Assembly (NCBI GenBank): GCA_046597055.1
Contig: JBKJLC010000103.1
Coordinates: 1 to 64,000 of the forward strand
Source: Kofleriaceae bacterium
GTDB taxonomy: Bacteria; Myxococcota_A; Polyangia; Haliangiales; Haliangiaceae
DNA length: 64,000 bases
Reading direction: 5' to 3'
The notes below the pieces were generated by a model. It was given only the letters and a program-made list of their open reading frames with translations. It did no database searches and was not told the origin of the DNA. Both the position numbers and the translations under genes were made by a program. Below, in pieces: positions 9,130 through 19,649 of the stretch. Numbering within the stretch: the stretch's first letter is position 1; the number at the start of each line of letters is the position of its first letter.

Positions 9130-9854
9130 CCTACCGGGTGGCGATGACGACGACGATGATCGCCGGGTTCGGGGCGCTCGCCGCCGGCGCCGGCTGCACC
9201 CCCGGCCACGCCGATCGGGGGGCGAAGGCCGGGCACGCGCCGGCCGGCGTGCTGGCGCCGACCAAGGCGACCGACCTGTGCGCGACCCGCGGCGAGCTGC
9301 CGCGCGCGGGCGCCGCGGTCCACATCAGCGATCCGACGGTGCGCATGGTCGCGCCCGACTCGCACGGCGATGCCGCCGCGCTGCGCTTCACGTATCGCGG
9401 TGCCAGCGAGGCCGACGCGGCGCTCGCGTCGGGCCAGCTCCGGCGCCAGCTCGGCCTCAAGCTGCGCGCCGAGGATGGCTGCAACGTCGTCTACGTGATG
9501 TGGCGAATCCATCCCACGCCCGGGCTCGAGGTCTCGGTCAAGCGCAACCCGGGCGACCACACTGACGACGAGTGCGGCACCCGGGGCTATACCAAGGTCA
9601 AGCCGCGTCGCGCGACCCGGCTGCCGGCGCTGACCAGCGGCGCCAGCCACACCCTCGAGGCCCGGATCACCGGCGACCGGCTGGTCGCGCGGGTCGATGA
9701 CGCGGTCGTCTGGGACGGCAAGCTGCCGGCCGGGGCGCGCCGGCTCGGCGGCCCGGCCGGCCTGCGCACCGACAACGTCACGGTCGACGCCGAGCTGCTC
9801 ACCGCGGCCGGCCCGACCCGGCGGCGCACGTCGATCCCCGGCTGCGCGAAGTGA
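9126..9854 (+). CDS. Lipoprotein with beta-rich (lectin/LamG-like) domain
   Basis: ATGA overlap with upstream gene; lipobox-like AGAGC; HTLEARITGDRLVARVD..GPAGLRTDN resembles the end of a ConA-like sandwich. Confidence 0.55.
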   Translation: MTYRVAMTTTMIAGFGALAAGAGCTPGHADRGAKAGHAPAGVLAPTKATDLCATRGELPRAGAAVHISDPTVRMVAPDSHGDAAALRFTYRGASEADAALASGQLRRQLGLKLRAEDGCNVVYVMWRIHPTPGLEVSVKRNPGDHTDDECGTRGYTKVKPRRATRLPALTSGASHTLEARITGDRLVARVDDAVVWDGKLPAGARRLGGPAGLRTDNVTVDAELLTAAGPTRRRTSIPGCAK

Positions 9855-9911
9855 CCCCACGGCCGCGCGCGGCCGCGCACCGAAGCCCGTGAGCCCACAG
9901 GCGATCCAAAA

Positions 9912-10373
9912 TCAGTTGTCCTGCGCGCCCTCGGCGATCCAGTCGTGGACCAGCTGGATCTCCTCGGCGGTCAGGTACGGCGGGCCGTCGAGCGGCATGC
10001 GAGCGCCGAAGGGCGGCGTGTCGCCGATCTTGTGCATCAGCACGCTGCTGCACGGATCACCCGGCGTCACGATGCGCGGCCCCGACGAGCGGCCGCCTCG
10101 CATGATGGAGTGGATGGAGCCCATGTCGAAGCCGCCGAGCTCGATGCCGCTGGGCGAGCCGTTGGTCGGGGTGTGACAGCTGCAGCCGGCCATGGCGCGG
10201 GCCCGGTCGAACATCGGGCGGACGTCGCGGGCGAACGAGACGTCGAGTGCGGGGATGCTGTCGGCGCCTTCGCAGCTGCCGGCGAGGGGCTCGCCGACGT
10301 CGGGCAGGTAATCGAGGTCGCAGCCGGTCGCGGCCAGCGCGACCGCGGCGACCAGCGTCGCGATGCGGGTCAT
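9912..10373 (-). CDS. Cytochrome c-like lipoprotein (planctomycete cytochrome c-like domain) with CxCH motif
   Basis: Lipobox ATGC; VSFARDVRPMF..GCSCH..PGDPCSSVLMHKI..RMP..WIAEGA; ATGA overlap. Confidence 0.7.
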   Translation of the reverse strand: MTRIATLVAAVALAATGCDLDYLPDVGEPLAGSCEGADSIPALDVSFARDVRPMFDRARAMAGCSCHTPTNGSPSGIELGGFDMGSIHSIMRGGRSSGPRIVTPGDPCSSVLMHKIGDTPPFGARMPLDGPPYLTAEEIQLVHDWIAEGAQDN

Positions 10374-11353
10374 GGCAGGCCCTCCTGGAACTGCTGCGGC
10401 CAGTTCAGCACGGTCGTGGTGACGACGAACGAAGCGACCGATGCGGTGGTGGCCCGGATCGCGCCGGTCGTCGCGCGACTGAACAGATCGGTGTCGGCGC
10501 GCACGGTGTCGGCGGCGATCACGCCGGGTGCGAGCTGCACCTCGATCACGGTGGCCAGCGGCGTGTAGTTGGCCATCATCGGCGGCGGCGGCGCCGCCGG
10601 CGGCGCGTACTGGAAGATCGGCGCCGGCAGCAGCGCGACGTTGGCGCCCTCGCGCAGCTGCGACAGCTGGCCGACCGGCACCGCGCCGCTGCGCAGCGGC
10701 TGCACGCCACGCTCGCCGCCGAACACGAACGCGTGCACCCGCATGCCGCGCGAGTACACCTCGATCGGCTGGGCCGGGGCCAGCCCGACCCCGACGTCGA
10801 GGGTCACGCCGGGCGGCACCACCGGGGCGTCGACCCACGTGCCGACTGACTCGGGCGCCAGCACCAGGCCGAGGTCGACCGCGTCGGCGAGCGCGCGCGG
10901 CGTCACCAGGCGCTCGCCGCGGTACTGGTGGGTGACGACCACGTGATGGAGCCGGCGGATCGGGCTGTAGCCGGTGTCGCCCGGCACCGCGTCGAACAGC
11001 CACGGATGATCGATCCGGGCCCCGGCGGCGTCGACCAGGACGTACGCGGCGGCGGCGACCTTGGGCGATTTCCCGAACGACCAGTAGCGGACCTGGACGC
11101 CGCCGGCCCACCCGGTGAGCCGGGCGATCACGCCGCCGGCCTCCATCAGCGTGCGGTCGTCGAGGCCATCGTTGACCGTGATCTGGTGGACCAGCTCGGG
11201 ATCCTCGTCGACGCCCGGCACCTCGGCGTCGGGTGGGAGCACGTGAACGCTGGCGCCGGGGGTGTCCTCGATCAGCGGCTCGAGCAGGCAGCCGCTGACG
11301 GTCAGCACCGAGAGCGCCACCGGCGCGAGCCGAGACAACAGGGGATGAGCCAT
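10370..11353 (-). CDS. Lipoprotein with duplicated Y(S/T)P domain, function unknown
   Basis: Lipobox VSGC; internal repeat GYSPIRRLHHVVV..WVDAPVV / NYTPLATVIEVQL..VLNWPQQ. Confidence 0.7.
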   Translation of the reverse strand: MAHPLLSRLAPVALSVLTVSGCLLEPLIEDTPGASVHVLPPDAEVPGVDEDPELVHQITVNDGLDDRTLMEAGGVIARLTGWAGGVQVRYWSFGKSPKVAAAAYVLVDAAGARIDHPWLFDAVPGDTGYSPIRRLHHVVVTHQYRGERLVTPRALADAVDLGLVLAPESVGTWVDAPVVPPGVTLDVGVGLAPAQPIEVYSRGMRVHAFVFGGERGVQPLRSGAVPVGQLSQLREGANVALLPAPIFQYAPPAAPPPPMMANYTPLATVIEVQLAPGVIAADTVRADTDLFSRATTGAIRATTASVASFVVTTTVLNWPQQFQEGLP

Positions 11354-11367
11354 CACGCGTGCACCTT

Positions 11368-12534
<1,167 letters not shown>

Positions 12535-12667
12535 GAAGATCCTTCCGGTTGGCGCGCCGCGGCGCGAGATCGCCTGGCGCCGGGCGAGGGAGCGTCACTC
12601 ACGATCATGCCGACCCCGGTCGGACGTGATCTCCAGGGCAGCGAGAAGCGTCCGCGGCCGGCCACGG

Positions 12668-14707
12668 TCAGGTCGGGGCGAAGGTGATCACGACCGTGAC
12701 CTGGGCATTGCCGACGTCGGGGGCCAGCCGGGTGCGGATGCGGCCGGCCGCGGCCCGCATGCACGCCCCGACGCCGGGCAGCGGCTCACCACCGACGCGC
12801 ACGGCGCGCGCCGTGCGGGTCGCGTCGATCTCGAACCCGATCCGGACCTGACCGGTCGGGGTGCGCTGCGCGGCGCGCGCCGCCTGCTGGTAGCACTGGC
12901 GGAACGCCGGCAGGACCCGCTCGACGCCCCGGCGGATCTCGGAGTCCTGGAGCGGACCCTGGACCTCCACGCTCGCCAGCCCCGCGGCCGCGTCGAGCGA
13001 GCCGGTCGGCGCGCGTCGTGGCACCACCGGCGCGAGTGGCGGCGGCGCGACCGGCCGTGCGTTCGGCGCATCGATCGGCGGGCTGGCGTCGATCGGCGGC
13101 GGCGGCGCAGCGTCGATCGGCACCACCACCGCCGGCGTCGGCGGCATTGCGTCTTCGTTCGACCAGGACGCGGGTTTGGGGTCGGCGCTCGACGCCAGCC
13201 GGCGGACATCGCGCTCGCGCGCCGGCGCCCGGCCCGCGGCGTGCGCGACCCGGCGGGTGTCCTCGACCCGCCGGTCACGGACACCGGCGTGGCCGTCCCG
13301 GGCCGCGACCGCCGGGGCCGCCCCCGCCGGCAGCGCGGGCGCCGGACTGGCCGCGCCCCGACCCACGGCGATCGCTGGCGCCGACCAGGTCGGCGGCGCC
13401 CCGGCCTCGGCGGCACGGTCGGGCACCGCGGCGGGCGCAGGCGGGACCCCGACGACACTGGCTCGCCCCGGTGCCCGCGTCGCGCTCGCCCCCGGCCACA
13501 GCGCCACCGCGACCGCCGCCGCCGCCCCCATCGCGGCCACCGCCACCGCCGCCAGCGCCCGGCGTCGGACCGAGCCCCGCAGATCGGGCACCGACGCGGT
13601 CGAGCGCGGCGCCGCGTGGTCGGGACTCACCGCGGCGACCGGCGCGCCTTCGGACTCGATCTCGACGCTCTCGAGCAGCTCGTCGTCGTCGTCGGCCTCG
13701 GCCCACGCCATCTCGGTCGGGGCGGTGCGGCCGTCGGCCGGCTTCAGCAGCGCGGCGACGTACTCGCCGACCTCGATCGGCGAGGTCGACAGCTGCTCGG
13801 AGCGCGCGAGCGCCTCGAGGTCGCGCTGCATGTCGCGCGCGGTCTGGTAGCGCAGGCGCCGGTCGCGCTGCAGCGCGCGCATGACGATCGCCTCGAGCGC
13901 CGGCGAGTAGCCGGGCCGCAGCTTCGACGGCGGCGCCGCGTCTTCCCCGACGATCTTCTGCAGCACGACCAGCTCGGTGCCGGCCCCGGCGAACAGCCGC
14001 TTACCGGTGGTGAGCTCGTAAAGAATGATCCCGATCGAGAAGATGTCACTGCGCCGATCCAGCGCGGCGCCCCGGCACTGCTCCGGCGACATGTAGCCAA
14101 TCTTGCCCTTGAGCGTGCCAGTCCGGGTCCGGTGCTCGTTGGTCGAGATCTTGGCAACGCCGAAGTCGGTCACCTTCACGGCACCGTCGAACGAGACGAG
14201 CACGTTCGACAGCGACACGTCCCGATGGACGATGCCGATCGGCTGGCCGGCGGCGTCGCACAGGCTGTGGGCGTGCTCGAGCCCGGCAGTCATCCCCAGC
14301 CCGATCGCGACCGCGCACGACAGCGGCATGGCCCGGCCGGCGCGCGACTCGATCCGCATCAGGTCGCGGAGGTCGCCTCCGCGCATGTACTCCATCGCGT
14401 AGTAGTAGTTGCCGGTCTCTTCGCCGATGTCGTGGACCTGGACGATGTTCGTGTGATCGAGCATCGCGGCCAGCCGCGCCTCGGCCAGGAACATCTGCAC
14501 GTACGACGCCTGCACCGCGAAGTGCGGCAGCATGCGCTTGATGACGACCAGCTTCTCGAAGCCGTGGATGCCGGCGCTGCGCGCCAGGTAGATCTCCGCC
14601 ATGCCGCCGACCGACAGCAGGCGAACGACTTCGTAGCGGCCGAGCAAGGTTCCCGCCTGCAAGCCGACCGTGGGTCGAGGTGCAGGCAGTGGATCGACAA
14701 ATGCCAT
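12668..14707 (-). CDS. Membrane Ser/Thr protein kinase with C-terminal AgmX/TonB-C-like domain
   Basis: GGMAEIY, VIK, HRDVSLSN, DFG, YMSPEQ; TM helix; Pro-rich linker; FRQCY..GQVRIGFEID..VGAC. Confidence 0.9.
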   Translation of the reverse strand: MAFVDPLPAPRPTVGLQAGTLLGRYEVVRLLSVGGMAEIYLARSAGIHGFEKLVVIKRMLPHFAVQASYVQMFLAEARLAAMLDHTNIVQVHDIGEETGNYYYAMEYMRGGDLRDLMRIESRAGRAMPLSCAVAIGLGMTAGLEHAHSLCDAAGQPIGIVHRDVSLSNVLVSFDGAVKVTDFGVAKISTNEHRTRTGTLKGKIGYMSPEQCRGAALDRRSDIFSIGIILYELTTGKRLFAGAGTELVVLQKIVGEDAAPPSKLRPGYSPALEAIVMRALQRDRRLRYQTARDMQRDLEALARSEQLSTSPIEVGEYVAALLKPADGRTAPTEMAWAEADDDDELLESVEIESEGAPVAAVSPDHAAPRSTASVPDLRGSVRRRALAAVAVAAMGAAAAVAVALWPGASATRAPGRASVVGVPPAPAAVPDRAAEAGAPPTWSAPAIAVGRGAASPAPALPAGAAPAVAARDGHAGVRDRRVEDTRRVAHAAGRAPARERDVRRLASSADPKPASWSNEDAMPPTPAVVVPIDAAPPPPIDASPPIDAPNARPVAPPPLAPVVPRRAPTGSLDAAAGLASVEVQGPLQDSEIRRGVERVLPAFRQCYQQAARAAQRTPTGQVRIGFEIDATRTARAVRVGGEPLPGVGACMRAAAGRIRTRLAPDVGNAQVTVVITFAPT

Positions 14708-14886
14708 CGTCTCCCGTTGTCGTCGATCAACAACGTGAGATCAATATCACTGACAATTGCAACACTGCTGACTCTCGCGCGCACATCGAGATGCACTTGC
14801 CATGCGCGCCAGCCGCGGGCCAGCGCACATCTGTCGTCGAGCGCGAAGGCGGCTGATCACCCCGCACCGACGACGCCGCTACCCCA

Positions 14887-16647
14887 TCACTGACGGGTAG
14901 TGGTGGGCTTGCGGGGGCGCGCCAACCCGTAGAGATCGAGACGGTAGACCAGCGTGCGGCGCGAGATGCCGAGCATGGCCGCGGCGCGGGTCTGATTGCC
15001 GGCGCAGGCGTCGAGCGCGGCGATCACGCGCGCGCGCTCGTCGCCGTGATCCGCGGGCGGGGTGATCGGGACTGGCCGCTCGGGCGTGGCCGCGGGAGTG
15101 GCAATCACCGTCGACCCCGACGGCGGATCGAGCGGGAGGTGCTCGGGCAGGATCAGCGGTCCCCGGCCGAGCAGCACGGCGCGCTCGATCAGGTTGCGCA
15201 GCTCACGCAGATTCCCGGGCCAGCTGTGGGTCCGGAGCCAGTCGGCCGCGCTCGACGACAGGTGCGGGCCCGGCGCCAGCTGGTTGCGGCGGCAGAACAG
15301 GTCGATGAACCGGCGCGCCAGCGGCTCGATCTCGTCGAGCCGATCGCGCAGGGGCGGCACCGTCACCGTGATCCCGGCCAGCCGGTAGTAGAGGTCCTCG
15401 CGGAAGGTGCCGCGCGCGATCGCCTGCCCCAGGTCGCGATTGGTCGCGGCCACGAAGCGGACGTCGATCGCGATCGGCGCCAGCGCGCCGACCCGCATCA
15501 CCGCGCGCTCCTCGAACACCCGCAGCAACTTCACCTGCACCGACAGCGGCAACTCGCCGACCTCGTCGAGCAGCACGGTGCCGCCGGCCGCGGTCTCGAG
15601 CAGGCCCGGCTTGGCCCCGGTGGCGCCGGTGAACGCGCCGCGCTCGTGGCCAAACAGCTCACTCTCGAGCAGGGTCTCCGACAGCGCCGCACAGTTGAGC
15701 CGCAGGAACGGTCCGTCGGCGCGCCGCGAGCGGCGGTGGATGGTCTCCGCCATCACCTCCTTGCCGACACCGGTCTCGCCCAGCAGCAGGACCGAGATGT
15801 CGGACGGCGCGATCCGACCGATCAGGTTGTGCAGCTCGCGCATGCGCCGCGACGCCACCACGACCCGGCGCTCGCCGCTGGCGCTGTCGAGCCCGCGCAG
15901 CTGGGCCAGCGCGCGCGCGGCCAGCGCGTGGTGGCTGCCGCCGTCGGCCGGGAACACCGCGACGCCGGTCCGGGCCGCGGCGCCCAGCGCCGCCAGGCTG
16001 GCCTCGATGCGACTGGCGCGCAGGTCGGCCTCGGCACGGTCGGCGCCCGGGGCCAGCACCTCGAACTCGCCAGGCCCGTAGTGCCCGAGGACGTCGGCGG
16101 CGCGCAGCACCTCGCCGAACACCTCGCAGGCGCGGGCGTCGTCGATCGGCGGGACCACGTGGACGTGGACCAGCGCGAACGAGCTGCCGGCCGGCTCGCA
16201 CCGCTGACACTCCTCCTCGGTGCGGTTCTCGAAGTAGTCGTGGCCCCACATCCGGCGCTGGCGCACGACCAGGCCGCGGTCCTGAACCAACAGGGTGACC
16301 TCGCCGATCGTCACCGCCTCGCCGATCGCCACGTGCAGGCGCTGACCGGGGCCGACCACCCGCACGCCGGCGCGGGTGCCGTTGCGACTCGACACGTCCT
16401 CGATCTCGAGCGTGTTGCCGAGGTGGAGCCGCAGGTGCGTCCGCGACACCGACGGGTGATCGATGCGCACGTCGCAGCGCTCGCCGCGGCCGATCGTGAC
16501 GACGCCTCGGCTGGGCAACTCGAACACGGTCGCGCCGGCGTCCGAGATGACGATCAGCGAGAGGCGGCCCAGGTCGACCGGGCTCGGCGCCGGCGTGGTC
16601 GTGGTGGTGGCCTCGAAGACGTTGGTGGGCGACGGGGTGCGGGTCAT
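14887..16647 (-). CDS. FHA-domain sigma54 enhancer-binding protein with degenerate GGDEF-like middle domain
   Basis: IGR..SVSRTH..SRNGT (FHA); [33 protein letters not shown]; Fis-type HTH. Confidence 0.9.
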   Translation of the reverse strand: MTRTPSPTNVFEATTTTTPAPSPVDLGRLSLIVISDAGATVFELPSRGVVTIGRGERCDVRIDHPSVSRTHLRLHLGNTLEIEDVSSRNGTRAGVRVVGPGQRLHVAIGEAVTIGEVTLLVQDRGLVVRQRRMWGHDYFENRTEEECQRCEPAGSSFALVHVHVVPPIDDARACEVFGEVLRAADVLGHYGPGEFEVLAPGADRAEADLRASRIEASLAALGAAARTGVAVFPADGGSHHALAARALAQLRGLDSASGERRVVVASRRMRELHNLIGRIAPSDISVLLLGETGVGKEVMAETIHRRSRRADGPFLRLNCAALSETLLESELFGHERGAFTGATGAKPGLLETAAGGTVLLDEVGELPLSVQVKLLRVFEERAVMRVGALAPIAIDVRFVAATNRDLGQAIARGTFREDLYYRLAGITVTVPPLRDRLDEIEPLARRFIDLFCRRNQLAPGPHLSSSAADWLRTHSWPGNLRELRNLIERAVLLGRGPLILPEHLPLDPPSGSTVIATPAATPERPVPITPPADHGDERARVIAALDACAGNQTRAAAMLGISRRTLVYRLDLYGLARPRKPTTTRQ

Positions 16648-16708
16648 GGGCGGAGCGGACTCGGGGAAGGACTGCACGTGCGGCGGCAACGAGCAATCTG
16701 CGCGCCGA

Positions 16709-16822
16709 TTGCGCAACACCAATGACTCAATGATTTCAGGCTAATACATTCCACTGTATCCGGGTTGCGCTTGATGCGCACGCCAATTGCGCACGCACGT
16801 TGCGCAACCGGCTTGATGCGCA
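16709..16822. promoter_or_regulatory. Cluster of TGCGCA palindromic boxes in divergent intergenic region
   Basis: TGCGCA at 16710, 16775, 16788, 16801, 16817; GCTTGATGCGCA repeated at 16769 and 16811; AT-rich spacer at about 16717-16760. Confidence 0.5.
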
Positions 16823-17016
16823 GCGGGGCGCGGCGACCGGGCACCGACCCGGCTTCACCGCGCCGGCGTCACCGCGCACCAGGCCGCGCGCGCGACGAGC
16901 GCCGGCGCTCACCGCGAGCGGACGTCAGGCCCGCGGCCGGGAGTCGCCGCCGACGCTGGCTCAGCGTGGCACGCGCCGCTACCGTGGCGTGTTCCACCGT
17001 CTTTCAGGAGAAACCG

Positions 17017-17220
17017 ATGAGCGTTGCCCGAGTCACCGAGATCACCGCCGAGTCCACCAAGAGCTTCGAGGACGCGATCGCCGTGGGGATCGCCCGTGCC
17101 AACAAGACGCTGAAGAACGTCAAGGGCGCGTGGATCCAGGACCAGAAGGTCACGGTCGTCGACGGCCAGATCAGCGAGTACCGCGTGAGCATGAAGATCA
17201 CGTTCGTGCTCGAGGACTGA
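17017..17220 (+). CDS. Dodecin family flavin-binding protein
   Basis: AGGAG RBS; MSVARVTEITAESTKSFEDAI..EYRVSMKITFVLED. Confidence 0.92.
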   Translation: MSVARVTEITAESTKSFEDAIAVGIARANKTLKNVKGAWIQDQKVTVVDGQISEYRVSMKITFVLED

Positions 17221-17341
17221 CCGAATCCCGACCGCAGCCTCGTCACGTCCAAGCGACGTTCAGCGCAAGAGTCGCGTTCACGCGCGCCCGGCGGTCGATC
17301 GCCGCGCGGCGGATCCGGTGACGGTGATAGACCGGTCGCCC

Positions 17342-18163
17342 ATGAGCGACACCGAGATCCACACGCGCGCGGGACGGGTCGCTGTGACCCTCCGCGGTGA
17401 CGGGCCCTTGCTGGTCCTGGTACCGGCGGCGGGGCGCGCGGGGGCCGACTTCGACCCCATGCTCCCGGCGCTGCAGCGCCGCTTCCGGGTGGCGACGCTC
17501 GACTGGCCGTCGACCGGTGCGTCGCCGGCCGCGACCTCCCCACGCGACGCGACCGCCGCCTCCCTGGCCGGGGCCCTCGGCGAGGTGGTCGCCGCGCTCG
17601 GTGACGAGCCCGCCATCGTGCTCGGCCACTCGCTCGGTGGCTTCGCCGCGACGCGGCTCGCGATCGACGCGCCGGCCCGCGTGCGCGCGCTGGTGCTGGT
17701 CGACGCGCTCGGCTTCATCCCGTTTGGCCCGGTCCAGCGTGCCTTCTGCGTGGTCAAGGGCCGCACCGCGGTCACCCGCGCGGTCGAGGGCTACCTCGCC
17801 CGCGCGCAGACGCTACGCCGTAACCCCGACACCGCCCGGGTGTTCGCGCGGGTCGACGCCGCCCTCGCCCGCCCCGACTACGCCGAGCTCACCGCGGCCG
17901 TGTGGCGCAGCTTCCCGGACCCGGCCAACGACCTGCGCCGGGCCGCCGCGGCGATCCGGTGCCCCACGCTGGTGTGCTGGGGCTGGCTCGACCCGGTGGT
18001 GCCGGTCCGCGGGGGTCGCACCGCGGCCAAGGTCATCCCGGGCGCCCAGCTCGCGCTGTTCGCCACCGGCCACACGCCGTTCGTCGAAGCACCACGCCAG
18101 TTCCTGCGCACGCTCGAGCGGTTCCTCACCGACGTGATCGGATCGCAACCGGGCCCAACCTGA
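17342..18163 (+). CDS. Alpha/beta hydrolase
   Basis: GHSLGG nucleophile elbow, WGWLDPVVP, GHTPFVE. Confidence 0.88.
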   Translation: MSDTEIHTRAGRVAVTLRGDGPLLVLVPAAGRAGADFDPMLPALQRRFRVATLDWPSTGASPAATSPRDATAASLAGALGEVVAALGDEPAIVLGHSLGGFAATRLAIDAPARVRALVLVDALGFIPFGPVQRAFCVVKGRTAVTRAVEGYLARAQTLRRNPDTARVFARVDAALARPDYAELTAAVWRSFPDPANDLRRAAAAIRCPTLVCWGWLDPVVPVRGGRTAAKVIPGAQLALFATGHTPFVEAPRQFLRTLERFLTDVIGSQPGPT

Positions 18164-18190
18164 GCCGGGCTGCGGCCGAGCCGCGCTCGA

Positions 18191-18487
18191 TCAGTCGGGC
18201 TTCGGGTAGCTCATCGCGCGAGCGGGCTCGCCGATCACGTCGTCGAGCCGCCGCGACGGGGCCGGGACCGCGTCGAGATCGATGCCCTCGCCGGCGATCT
18301 GCGTCATCGGCTGGGGATCGACCGGAGACACCCCGACCATCGAGGCCAGGCCGGTCGCCTGCGCGGCCGGGTCGCTGGCTTGCTCGAGCTGGCGGAGCCG
18401 CCAGCGCTGCACGCCCCGCCAGACCGCGACACCGCCGGCCACCACGCCAGCCATCACCAGCACTTGCTTCACACGCTTCGCGAGCAT
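18191..18487 (-). CDS. Small membrane-anchored hypothetical protein
   Basis: GAGGAGG RBS before ATG 18487; N-terminal hydrophobic anchor. Confidence 0.55.
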   Translation of the reverse strand: MLAKRVKQVLVMAGVVAGGVAVWRGVQRWRLRQLEQASDPAAQATGLASMVGVSPVDPQPMTQIAGEGIDLDAVPAPSRRLDDVIGEPARAMSYPKPD

Positions 18488-18578
18488 CGTTGCCTCCTCG
18501 TCGGGATGCGGGGGTCGAAGCGACCGCCGCCCGTGCACGAGGTCTACCCCGACTCCGCGGGAGCGCTCGTCCGCGTCG

Positions 18579-19556
18579 TCAGAACGCGCAGATGAAGTTT
18601 GCGCCCTGCGCCGGGTAATAGAAGAGGTCGGTGAAGCACATCTCGTCGTCGGACGAATCACCGAAGCCGACCGGTGAGCCGGTCGGCGGGTTGGTGGCCG
18701 GCGTGTTCTCGTAGGTGCAGTGGGTGGTGATGACGTCGCCGGGCCGGAGCTCGATCATCGGACTGGCGTACTGGAACGTCTGGCGCTCGAAGTTGTAGTC
18801 GATGTCCTGCAGCATGATCTCCTCGCCGCCGCGGGTGACCACCGACCGCATGTGGCGACCGAGCTTGTGCATGTGCTGCGACAACGCGAACACCTGGATC
18901 GGCTGGTCGGTGAAGCTGCTGACACGGCAGCTGCCCGACTGCGTGCTGGTCCCGCTCGGGACCGCCAGGTTCACGGTCGGTCCCGCCAGGACCAGCTCGG
19001 CCTCGTGCTGGATCTCGGAGGCGGCGGCCTCCTGGAACAGCGTGCCCGACCGACCGGTCATCACGCTGTCCGTCGAGTTGTAGAGGTGGAGGTTCAGCAA
19101 CAGCCGCTGGCCGGCGACCAGATGGAGCCCGACGCCGGCGGGGAACTCGAAGTCCGGTGAGCCGACGCCCGAGCCGTAGATCATGCTCTGGCCGTTGGTC
19201 CCGACCCCGCACGGCACCGTGCCATCGGCCGGGCTGGCGCCCGTGTAGAGCGTCAGGACCGTGTGGTGGGTGCCGAGCGGGATGATCGGACGGAACGCCT
19301 TCACGTAGACGTCGCGCGGCACCGTCGTGTAGACGCAGAAGTAGCCCTCCTGCCCGGGCTGGAGGGTCCAGTCGCCCTCCATCAGCGAGGCCCAGCCGTC
19401 GGGGATCACCGCGGCATCGACGCTGGCGACATCGTCGCCATCATCGTCGCCGGTGCCGCCGGTGCCGCCACCGCCGCAGGCGACGAGGGAGAGCGAGAGC
19501 ACCACCGCCGCCACGAAACCACGACCACGGACCACGAGGCTCGACCTTGACAGCAT
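18579..19556 (-). CDS. Copper type II ascorbate-dependent monooxygenase-like (PHM/DBH-like) lipoprotein
   Basis: Lipobox LVAC; GTHH, HLYN, HMH, DEMC copper-ligand motifs. Confidence 0.82.
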   Translation of the reverse strand: MLSRSSLVVRGRGFVAAVVLSLSLVACGGGGTGGTGDDDGDDVASVDAAVIPDGWASLMEGDWTLQPGQEGYFCVYTTVPRDVYVKAFRPIIPLGTHHTVLTLYTGASPADGTVPCGVGTNGQSMIYGSGVGSPDFEFPAGVGLHLVAGQRLLLNLHLYNSTDSVMTGRSGTLFQEAAASEIQHEAELVLAGPTVNLAVPSGTSTQSGSCRVSSFTDQPIQVFALSQHMHKLGRHMRSVVTRGGEEIMLQDIDYNFERQTFQYASPMIELRPGDVITTHCTYENTPATNPPTGSPVGFGDSSDDEMCFTDLFYYPAQGANFICAF

Positions 19557-19649
19557 GTTCCCTCCTGCGTTCGCGGGCATAGTGCCCTACCGGCGCGCGC
19601 GGTGTCGAGCCATCTCATCCGGCCGGCGCACCTCGCGCGTCGTCCGCGG

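Noticed and set aside
16967..16982. sigma54 promoter for dodecin (TGGCAC...)
   Set aside because: GC is not at GG-N10-GC spacing
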